A stretch of DNA of 64,000 bases, from the NCBI GenBank assembly GCA_964016885.1, contig OZ024742.1, positions 14,446,001 to 14,510,000 on the forward strand, in the 5' to 3' direction. A program made the position numbers and the translations under genes. Positions 14,623-24,375 of this stretch are shown here, piece by piece (within the stretch, counting starts at the first letter, position 1; every line of letters begins with the position of its first letter). The notes beneath the pieces were generated by a model. It saw only the letters and a program-made list of their open reading frames with translations. It was not told the DNA's origin and made no database searches. The stretch is from Eledone cirrhosa. Its lineage: Eukaryota.

Positions 14623-14707
14623 GGTCTGACGAGCTTTTGATTCCAGAGTCAGGCCAGATCAATACAGATCGAACCTTGAGCTGATCAATAGCGAAATGCA
14701 CGTCACC
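14623..14707 (+). ncRNA. Degenerate type I hammerhead ribozyme motif with long stem II
   Basis: Reads GGT-CTGACGA-GCTtTTGATT...GATCAATAGC-GAAA-TGCAC-GTC-ACC, then AATAAA. Stem III ATGCACGT looks like CpG-decayed ACGCGCGT. Confidence 0.55.
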
Positions 14708-14815
14708 AATCAATAAACGTAATGAAGGCCTAACAAATTGTCCTTGTATTATATATATATAAGAACACTGTAGCTGTTTGTAGTAAACAGTTAAGTCAGG
14801 TGAGCCTGTGATAGT

Positions 14816-14970
14816 TACCTTATATAGTTGAATATAAGCTGAGGAATATGGAAGGTCAGCTTATATTATTTAAACAATGTGTTGACTAGCTACCTCGGAT
14901 TTGGATTTTGGCCCATTTCTTCAATATAAAAAAGATGGGTGGGTCAGCTTATATTCGAGTATTTACGGTG
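14816..14970. mobile_element. Short MITE-like element with imperfect TIRs
   Basis: Inverted ends gaatataagctga ... tcagcttatattc. Confidence 0.45.
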
Positions 14971-15801
14971 TATTTTGTTAACCTTTTTAATACGAATATC
15001 CTTGAAACCACCGCTGGTTAGGGGTTAAAACAGTCCATTTTAAAGAATCTATAACTAAATATAACCCATATATAACTTGCACCTCTCTAAGACAGTGTCA
15101 CTGGACCGAGATCTTTGGTGCCACGCAGTAATACAGAAGACCCGTCTTGCCTACAAAGCGAAACCTAGTTAGTAGGCACCGCTTAACCAAATATACACCC
15201 CAACCCACCAACACCACCCTTTCTCTGTAAAGTTATGTTGGTACCACAACATCCAGTCCAAACTAATGAGGTTGTGTAGGTGTCACAACAAAAAAACACA
15301 CAGTCCACGCTGTAATGTGGCTGTGTAGGTAACACAGTAAAAACCTCACAGTCCACACAGTCCACACTGTGATGTGGTTGGTGTTAGGAAGGGCATCCAA
15401 CCGTAGAAAACCTGCCAGACAGTCCTATACGAGCGAGACAGTCACCCAACGAATCTTGCCTCAAGTGGGACAATTCCCGTCTAACCCATGCTAGCGTGGC
15501 AGACATTAAACGATGATGGTGAACCCATCCATCATTATTTTATGTAAGAGTTTTATTATGTTCTTAATGAAATTAACTAAAAGCCACTCAGAGCATTTCA
15601 TGAAAAATATGGCCATTATGGTTTAATTCAGATGACACAGCAGAACACAAGAAACCAGAAAACCATTTCTAGGTTATGAACAATTAAATTCTTCAGTCAG
15701 TATTGTTCTGCCAATATGCAATGATATAAAGTATTCTGTTGACATATAATGTCAACAAACAATGTTTTCTCAATTCACTTCCAACATTATCATAATTATC
15801 A

Positions 15802-16146
15802 TGGAGGCACATGGCTTAATGGTTAGAGCATTGGCCTTGCAATCGAAAGGTTGTGAGTTCAATTCTCAGACCGGGTGATGTGTTGTTTCCTTGAGCAAGA
15901 CACTTTATTTCACATTACTCCAGTTTACTCAGCTGTAGAAATGAGATGATAGGGAGTGGGGGTCCATATCATTCCACTGCAAGGTGGTTGTGGAGGTGCC
16001 ATGGCAAAAAAGCATCCAGCACTCACTGTAAATGAGGTTGGTGTTAGGAAGGGCATCCAGCTGTAGAAATCAAGCCAGAATCAGTTCCCGTCCCACCCTT
16101 GCTAGCAGGGAAAAGTGGACGTAAAGTGAAATGAAATGAATGAATG
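15802..16146 (+). mobile_element. tRNA-derived SINE family A with RTE-derived tail
   Basis: A box TGGCTTAATGG, B box GAGTTCAATTC and a CORE-like block ccttgagcaagacactt. The 3' part matches the 3'UTR of RTE copy E. Confidence 0.85.
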
Positions 16147-16438
16147 ATCATCACCGTTTACTATCCATTTTTCCATGTTAGCATGGGTTAGACGAGTTGT
16201 CCTGTTGTGAAAAATGTCAGGTCAGGTGAGCATGCAGAACTGCTTTTAGTTTGGTTTCTACTGCTGCCTTTCCTAACACCAACCACATTTACAACATAGG
16301 TATGACTATTTTAAGTATAAATTACAATATAGACGGTAAATAGTCAGAGTGTCAGAATGGTTTATGTCATTTGTTCCAGTTATCTGCCCTTCTTTCAAAA
16401 TTTGATGGCTTTGTGTCTAAATATGTATAGATGTGTAT

Positions 16439-17751
16439 ATCATCATCATCATCAACGTTTAACGTCCGTGTTCCACGCTTGCATGGGTTTGGACGGGGGT
16501 AGTCCCACTTGAGGCAAGAGTGATTGTCTTGCTCGCATAGGACTGTCTGGCAGGTTTTCTACAGTTGGATGCCCTTCCTAACACCAACCACATTTACAGT
16601 GTGGGTCTGGGAGGTTTTTACCGTGTTGCCTACACGGCCACATTACAGCGTGGACTGTGTGTTTTTTTGTCGTGACACCTACACGATCTCATTTGTTTCG
16701 GCCTCGATGGCGCGGCACCAACATAACTTTACATAGAACGGGGTGGTGTGGATGGGGTGGGGGTGGTGGTGGTGGGACGGGGTGTATTTTGTTAGAGATG
16801 CCTACTGGCTGGAGTAGGTTTTACTATATATTTAGGTAAGGCGGGTCTTCTCTGTTACTGAGTACCGCCAAAGGTCTCGGTCCAGTGACATTGTCTTGGA
16901 GAGGTGTAAGTGTGTGATGTCGGAGTTTATCAGCTCGTCCCAGGTTTTTCTAGGTCTGCCTATTCCGTGACTACCGTCTATCTTTATTGCCCTGCACTTT
17001 GTTATACAGCTATCGACTTTCATGCGCATCACGTGTCCATACCAACGTAGCCTTCTCTCGAGTAAACAACATCTGATCCCTCTTATCTCTAATTTTTTCC
17101 TTAGTTCGTTTATGCTTTGCCGTTCACGTATATTACTGTTACACATCCAGCGGAGCATGCAAGCTTCGTTCCTCTCTAGTCTGCGTATATCCTCTGCACA
17201 CAATGCCCAGGTCTCACTGCCATGCAGCATTGCTGTTCGTATGCAGGCATCGTACAACCTGCCTTTCATTTTTAGGGAGAACCCTTTAGCAGCTAATAGT
17301 GGTATAAGCTCTCTGAACTTTTTCCAACCAGTTCTGACTCTAGCTACAGTACTTTCAGAGCACCCTCCCCCACTGCTGATTTTATCGCCCAGGTAACGGA
17401 AGCTGTCCACTATTTCTATAGAACCCTCTGCGCAATTGAAAGAGCTAGTATTTTGTGGGCACTTGCTGCTACTTATTGCACCAGAACACCGGCCACATGT
17501 AAAATCTATGTTCTTAGTTAGCTTACCTGTGATCCCACTACATCTTTTATGCACCCATACTTTGCATTTAGGACATAAAATGGAGTTTCTACCTACGCCT
17601 TTCCTACACACCGAGCACGACCATTTCCCAGAAGGGACCGCCGCCTTGTTTTCTTTCCTACAAACTAGTACTTTGGTTAATTTTAAGTCCTTTTGACTCT
17701 AGGCCGTGCTTCCATGTTTGGAATTTCTTCTCTAGCTCGGCCATTGATTCC
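16439..17751 (-). mobile_element. RTE-clade LINE, 5'-truncated copy A (PHD-like finger, C-terminus, 3'UTR)
   Basis: ORF 16832-17611 carries RLRWYGHVMRM...GRPRKTW, typical of the RTE ORF2 C-terminus. (GAT)n tail. Near-identical to copy F. Confidence 0.92.
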
Positions 17752-17760
17752 TTATTCATA

Positions 17761-17801
<41 letters not shown>

Positions 17802-18501
17802 TAGTATGTATATGTATATATATATATACACATATATATACTAACTATAGTTTAAACAGCCTCACCAATCTGCAATTGTTCAAGTGTGTTGAGTATAGCC
17901 ACACTCTTGAAGACATGACCAAAACCAAACAAAGTGGAGAGGTTCCTCCAACAGGAGTGAGATGACCCTGGATTTGTTTTTTTCCTTAATTTTATTGAAT
18001 AATTATTTCATGTTGGTAATCTGTTAATTTATCAATGTAAATATTGATACAGAAACACGTGGTATTCTTTCGTTATTGATAAGTCAAAGGTGAAAATGAA
18101 AATATTTTGGCCATTCTCTCATATATATATCATCATCATCATTGTTTTACGTCCGTTCTTCCACGCTAGCATGGGTTAGACGGGATGCCCTTCCTAACAC
18201 CAACCTCATTTACAGTGAGTGCTGGGTGCTTTTTTTCTGTGGCACCTATACGACCACTTTACAGTATATATATATATATATATTGTTATACTTGGGGAGG
18301 GTCATATTTGTGTAATATTGCCAGAATTAATAACAGAACACACTCACTGCTTGGTTGGTTTTCGCTTTTCACTTCTGTGTCTTTTATATCGGTAATCTAA
18401 TTTATTATTTCCTCAATGTTGCCATTGACTGACCGACGGTCAAAAAATAATACAGATACAATATAGACACAAACACATATATAGTTTATCAAAGTTCTTT
18501 C

Positions 18502-19320
18502 GTTGAAAAAGTTCAGAGAGCTTATACCACTATTGGCCGCTAAAGGGTTCTCTCTAAAAATGAAAGGCAGGCTGTATGATGCCTGCATACGAACAGCAAT
18601 GTTGCATGGCAGTGAGACCTGGGCATTGTGTGCAGAGGATATACGCAGACTAGAGAGGAACGAAGCTTGCATGCTCCGTTGGATGTGTAATAGTAATATA
18701 CGTGAACGGCAAAGCATAAACGAACTAAGGAAGAAATTAGGAATAAGAGGGATCAGATGCTGTTTACTCGAGAGAAGACTACGTTGGTACGGTCACGTGA
18801 TGCGCACGAAAGACGACAGCTGTATAAAAAAGTGCAGGGCGATAAAAATAGACGGTAGCCACGGAGTAGGCAGACCAAGACAATGTCACTGGACCGAGAT
18901 CTTTGGCGCTACACAGTAATACAGAAGACCCGCCTTGCCTAAGTACAAAGCAAAACCTACAGCCAGTAGGCACCTCTAACAAAAATACACCCCGGCCCCA
19001 CTACCCCCACTCCATCCACACCACCCCTTCCAATGTAAAGTTATGTTGGTACCACAACATCCAGTCCAAAACAAATGAGGTCGTGTAGGTGTCACGACAA
19101 AAAAACACACAGTCCACGCTGTAATGTGGCTGTGTAGGTAACACGGTAAAAACCTCCCAGTCCACACTGTAAACGTGGTTGGTGTCAGGAAGGGCATCCA
19201 GCCGTAGAAAACCCGCCAGACAGTCCTATACGAACAAGACAACCAATCTTGCTTCAAGTGGAAAAATTCCCGTCCAAACCCATGCTAGCGTGGAAGATGG
19301 ACGTTAAACGATGATGATGT
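18502..19320 (+). mobile_element. RTE LINE, short 3' copy B with internal deletion
   Basis: ORF 18503-18919 matches the RTE C-terminus, with a deletion after GRPR. Same 3'UTR and (GAT)n tail as the other copies. Confidence 0.9.
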
Positions 19321-19351
19321 AAAGTGGACGTGTAGGTTAGCTAACCTAACA

Positions 19352-19437
19352 ATGGCATGTACTAAAGAAACTGCTCGTAAATCTACAGCTGGAAAGACTC
19401 CACTAAACAGCAGGCCACTAAAGCACCCAGGAAAACT
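19352..19437 (+). pseudogene. H3: Decayed histone H3 N-terminal fragment
   Basis: Translates MACTKETARKSTAGKTP/[1-nt loss]KQQATKAPRKT versus H3 [29 protein letters not shown]. Confidence 0.8.
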
Positions 19438-19556
19438 AGATCTACCAACTCATAATATTATAAAATTAAATCAAATTATTTAGAACTACAAGTGAAGTCA
19501 TTCTTTTCCGTTTTTTTCAAATATACCCAACTGTACAAAGGATCTCACACATTTTC

Positions 19557-19594
<38 letters not shown>

Positions 19595-20039
19595 AGAACA
19601 AAAGATGGTTAAAAGAGTTCCATGTATTTTATTATGCGCATTTCAAAAACAAATATCATCATGCAATAATATTTGTGTTTTCATCAGATAAAACAGGAAG
19701 ACATGATATGAAGGTTAAAAAACACTTGTGGATAGTGCAGTTTTAAATCAACATATGAGAAGTAGTTTTAGATTGATGTGTGATATTGGGAAAAATATTT
19801 TATTTTGAGGGGGGGGGGGGAAGAGGAGGAGATGAGAGTAAAAAGTGGAGAGGGAGGAGTATAATGAGGAAGGATGAGATAGGAGGAGAGATGGGTGATA
19901 GAGAGAGAGAGATAGCTTTTATAACTGAGAAAGATATATTGTTTTACATAGAGAGGTTGAAAACCGTTGGAAGATAATGTATAAATTAAAAGAATTTGAA
20001 AATTAACGAAGAGAAAAATAATGTAAAGTTAAGGTTTGT

Positions 20040-20215
20040 ATATTGAGGGGTTTAATAATATGTGCAATGAAAAGAAAATGTTAATATGTATTAAGAATAA
20101 TATTTAAGGGTTTAATAACATGTGCGATGGAAAGAAAAAGTTAATATGTATTAAGAATGATATTTAAGGGTTTAATAATATGTGCGATGGAAAGAAAATG
20201 TTGATATGTATTATT
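20040..20215. repeat. 60-bp tandem repeat x3 downstream of the Penelope-like ORF
   Basis: Three aligned copies starting at 20041, 20101 and 20161. Confidence 0.85.
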
Positions 20216-20629
20216 AAAAAGAACAACAGGTAATTTAAGTAAGGATATATTGTGAGATGAGCATGAATGAGTTAGATGAAAGGGAGAAAAGAATAATGAA
20301 TTGAGGATGAATAATCTAATGTCAAAAAAATGTTTATGTTTACGAAGGATTTTTACAAGGTGATATAGAGTAAGAATGTATTGTATTATGTAATAATTGA
20401 TTCTATGTTAGGCAACAGTGAGAAAAGGTACAGATTAGGAGTTAGACATTAAAAGAAAAAGAGAAGAAAGGGAAGTGATAAATAGGAGCGATATAGAATG
20501 AGTAACAAGTATTATAGAATGTATAATAACCTTTGAAATAAGGTAGAAAGATGGGTATATTTTTAAAGAAGTGTATATATATATATGTGCCTTTGAGAAA
20601 AAGATTCTAAATTGATAAAGATTTGGATA

Positions 20630-22520
20630 TTAGCTGTATACTTTGTGGAATGTTTTGTGGAATTTATGCAAGCAGATAGAAAACAAGTCAGTGCGTCTAT
20701 TTATTATAGAATCTAAATTAGATATAATGGTAAATTTTTCATTTAGACAGAGATTGCAAATTTTGGATAGAGAACTGTTCAAGTATGAAGACGCAGAAGA
20801 AACCTTCTTCCAAAAGATGCTATATTTAATATTTTTGTCTTTCAAGGACCATATGAGTTCTGAGAGAGCCGTGTTGGTTCTTTTAAGTTTGTATTTAAAA
20901 GACGAATGATGGTTATAAAGACGAGCTTTAAAAGAGGTGGAAGTGGAACCAAAATAGGTGAAGGAATTGGTGTCAGTTATAACTTTACATTCGTAAATTA
21001 AGTTTTTATCAAGACAATGGTTGTTGAGAGGACATTTATTTTTAACAGGGCAATTGCGATTAGAGAGATTATTAACGAGTGACCTAGTGTTATCTATAGA
21101 AGGAATTGGATTGGAGAAGTTATTTGCGATAGGAATAATAGTTTCTTGATTTAGAATAGGATTAAGAACATTTAGCCAAGTTGTGTTTGACGTTGTATTT
21201 GGGTTTGCAGAAATTAGCCTAGGGTTTACAATGACGTCGGGAGTACTATTACTATTATTATGATATTCAGTGTTGGAAGGAAGGTATTTAGTATTTTATT
21301 GTTGTGTTTAGAGATAATGTTGGAAATGTTGGAGGATGTAGAATAGGAAAATTTTATAGTGTGTTTGTTAAATATTTTACTATAGATATGTGAGGGAGGA
21401 AGCATTTATTTAAGGCACTAAAGAATAATTTAGGAATATTGTTATTAATAGAGATGGAGAAAGGAGCATTATACCAGATTATGTTTTTGTATCTAGGTCT
21501 TTTATTAAAGTTATTGGAATGATCATGATTAATTATTCTACTGTAAGTTCTTCTAGAATTTGTTTCTTTACTATATTTGATTTTATCAGGATAGCCGGCT
21601 TTAGAAAGCGCGTTATTATAGTAATTGGCGTTAGCATCAAAGATGTTTTTATTAGAATATAGGTTAGATATTCTTTTTCCAATATTACTAACTATAGCAT
21701 TCTTGATATTAGTAGGATGGTTAGATTTAAAGTTAACATAATTTAGGTTCTCATTGTTTTTATGGTAAGGGTAATATAGGCCAGTGTCTAGATTAAGAGA
21801 TCCATCCAAGAAATTAGCTAGTTTGATGCTGTTATCAAATTCAATTTTTAGGTTATGTTGGTTAAAGAGATTACGTATATTGTTCTTAATAATATTAAGG
21901 TTAACTATGTTACAATTTAAGATAGTAAAGAGTCCATCGTCACGATAAATTCCACCGCGAAGTTGAGGAATTTTCCGACTCAAAGAGTTCAAAATAAAGA
22001 TACCAATTAAATCTGTCAATTGGGATGAATCGGATGCTCCCATTGTGATGTCGAAGTTGTTAGAGGTATCGGCTCTGGTCCAATATTCGTTGTTGAACTC
22101 TAGGATGGTTTTACGTGCGGTGAGAATGATGTGAAGTTCATCTGTGGTGATGTCAGAATATTTAAGTGCGAAAGATAGAGCATTATTGAGAAGTGAAGGC
22201 GAAATAGAAGAATAGTAGCTGGCAATATCAAATTGAACAAATTTTAGTTCGTTTTTATTATTCAATTTGTTGATTTGTTCTTTATTTTGAACTCTTTGAG
22301 TCGGAAAATTCCTCAACTTCGCGGTGGAATTTATCGTGACGATGGACTCTTTACTATCTTAAATTGCAACATAGTTAACAAATTGAATCACTTCAGAAGT
22401 ACCAAACCATAAATTTAGGTTCAAAGAAGAGCAATTAGAACGAACCTGTGGGATAATTCTATCCAAGATGGCTTTACTAACAACCCCCAGATCAGATTTA
22501 GAGGGGGGCGATTAATCTAA
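20630..22520 (-). mobile_element. Penelope-like element relic (RT plus GIY-YIG endonuclease)
   Basis: RT motifs FVQFDIASYY, ITMGA, GIYRDDG and NFLDG in ORF 21354-22316. Downstream CNC...CPL...LIYEC...YFGST...FKARLYNH and CNLCLNEK form the Cys-flanked GIY-YIG-type domain characteristic of Penelope-like elements. Frameshifted. Confidence 0.88.
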
Positions 22521-22619
22521 CAGGTAGTTCAGTGCAAAAATTGTTTTTGTGATCCTTGAGATTTATCCATTGAGATTTATGCATTGCTTTATTGTACTAC
22601 AATAAAACTCACCTCCTAC

Positions 22620-22670
<51 letters not shown>

Positions 22671-23068
22671 TTAAAGTATATGTTGTAGTGTTTATCTTAT
22701 ATTTTTTCTAACAGTGTGAAAATCAATTTATTTAACTGGTTAACTCTCTGACGTAGAAGAGAAGGCACTAGATTGCACACACACATATATCATCATCATT
22801 TTACGTCTATATATATTATTGATTTATTGATATTTTATTTGAGTGACCCAAATCTTCCTGGTCGTTCTTTTTCGGATGTATGGGTGATTTTAGGCATGAC
22901 CTCTATGTGTTGGTAATTTAACGATGGTTATAGCTCTGATTTATCCAAATTATTGAGCCCTCTGCCACACATATCGGATTTGTTTATCGTTAATTCGTAG
23001 GCTGTTTTTCCGATTCTCGATTATTCTACTATATATATATATATATCCAGAGAGTAACTTGGAGTTAC

Positions 23069-23139
<71 letters not shown>

Positions 23140-23208
23140 AAGGAATTGTGGTAAGGAACCAGATCCATAATGCACCAGAGTACTCAATACTTAGGGTAGT
23201 AGAGTGGG

Positions 23209-23328
23209 ATATAGGAAAAAGTATGACCCCGACGGCAGAGCTCAAGCCGTTTCGACGGCTATTTCTGGACTGAAATAGCCGTCGAAACGGCTTGAGCTCT
23301 GCCGTCGGGGTAATACTTTTTCCTATAT
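23209..23328. repeat. Near-perfect inverted repeat, ~57-bp arms with a 6-nt loop
   Basis: atataggaaaaagtatgaccccgacggcagagctcaagccgtttcgacggctatttc-tggact-gaaatagccgtcgaaacggcttgagctctgccgtcggggtaatactttttcctatat, with one mismatch. Confidence 0.95.
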
Positions 23329-23375
23329 ATATATATAATCATCATCATTTAATGTCCAAAAACATACATATATAC

Positions 23376-23408
<33 letters not shown>

Positions 23409-23678
23409 CAGTTTTTTTAGCTTGCAAATATATATATATATCTATATATTACTAAAAGATTGTGCTTGCTTGTCTGTAATGTAATATAGCCAAAAGGGTG
23501 CATAATGGAAGTTCCCCATGAAATATGAACACAAATGGAATAAAACAAGTTACATGTAAATCGAAGAATGGGTTCCCGAGATATGGGGTTTTCTAGGTAC
23601 CTTCATAAAGAAGGATAGAGAGAAAGATAGTGTTGTGAGAGAGTAGATTGAAAGAGAGAGAGCTGGTGGTGGTGGTGT

Positions 23679-24013
23679 CATCATCATCATCATCATTTCA
23701 TTTTACGTCCGCTTTTCCCTGCTTGCAAGGGTGGGACGGGAACAGATTCTGGCTTGATTTCTAGATGCCCTTCCTAACAACAACCTCATTTACAGTGAGT
23801 GCTGGGTGCTTTTTTGCCGTGGCACCTCCACGACCACTTTGCAGTGGAATGATAGGGACCCCAGTCCCTATCATCTCATTTCTACAGCTGAGGAAACTGG
23901 AGCAATGTGAAATAAAGTGTCTTGCTCAAGGAAACAACACATCACCCGGTCTGAGAATTGAACTCACAACCTTTCGATTGCAAGGCCAATGCTCTAACCA
24001 CTAAGCCATGTGT
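23679..24013 (-). mobile_element. tRNA-derived SINE family A, second full copy
   Basis: Reverse-complement homologue of 15802-16146, with a (GAT)n tail. Confidence 0.85.
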
Positions 24014-24159
24014 GTATATATATATAATTATATACACAAGCACACATATATATACATATACACACGTATTCTAAGGCGGGTAAAATTCCCCGAGATCCAT
24101 GGACGAGTTCTCTCCAGCGGTCTCTGTCCCTCATTATCGCTGCCATGTCCTGCGTCTCC

Positions 24160-24340
24160 AACAGTGTGGAAGTCGGACCTTCGTAGAGACCTGAAAGTCT
24201 GCCTCTTCATTGCTGTAGTGGAGTCTGTGCTGCTGTATGGGTCTGGGACTTGGACACTGACCAAGAAACTCACTCAGATGGTGGATGGGTGCTACACGAG
24301 AATGTTGAGGATGGCTCTGAACATTAATCAGTATACACTG
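24160..24340 (+). mobile_element. Fragment of a different RTE-like LINE C-terminus
   Basis: Translates VWKSDLRRDLKVCLFIAVVESVLLYGSGTWTLTKK...YTRMLRMALNI, with the LLYGxxTW motif of non-LTR ORF2 C-termini. Confidence 0.7.
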
Positions 24341-24375
24341 AGGATACACACGTATATATATATATATATATATAT

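Noticed and set aside
15802-15875. tRNA gene
   Set aside because: It has A/B boxes but no clean cloverleaf or poly-T terminator, and continues into a SINE body.
17022-17696. Antisense ORFs inside RTE copies (also at 25400, 25841, 28502, 28826, 47189)
   Set aside because: Shadow frames of the RT coding strand. They recur only because the copies are homologous.
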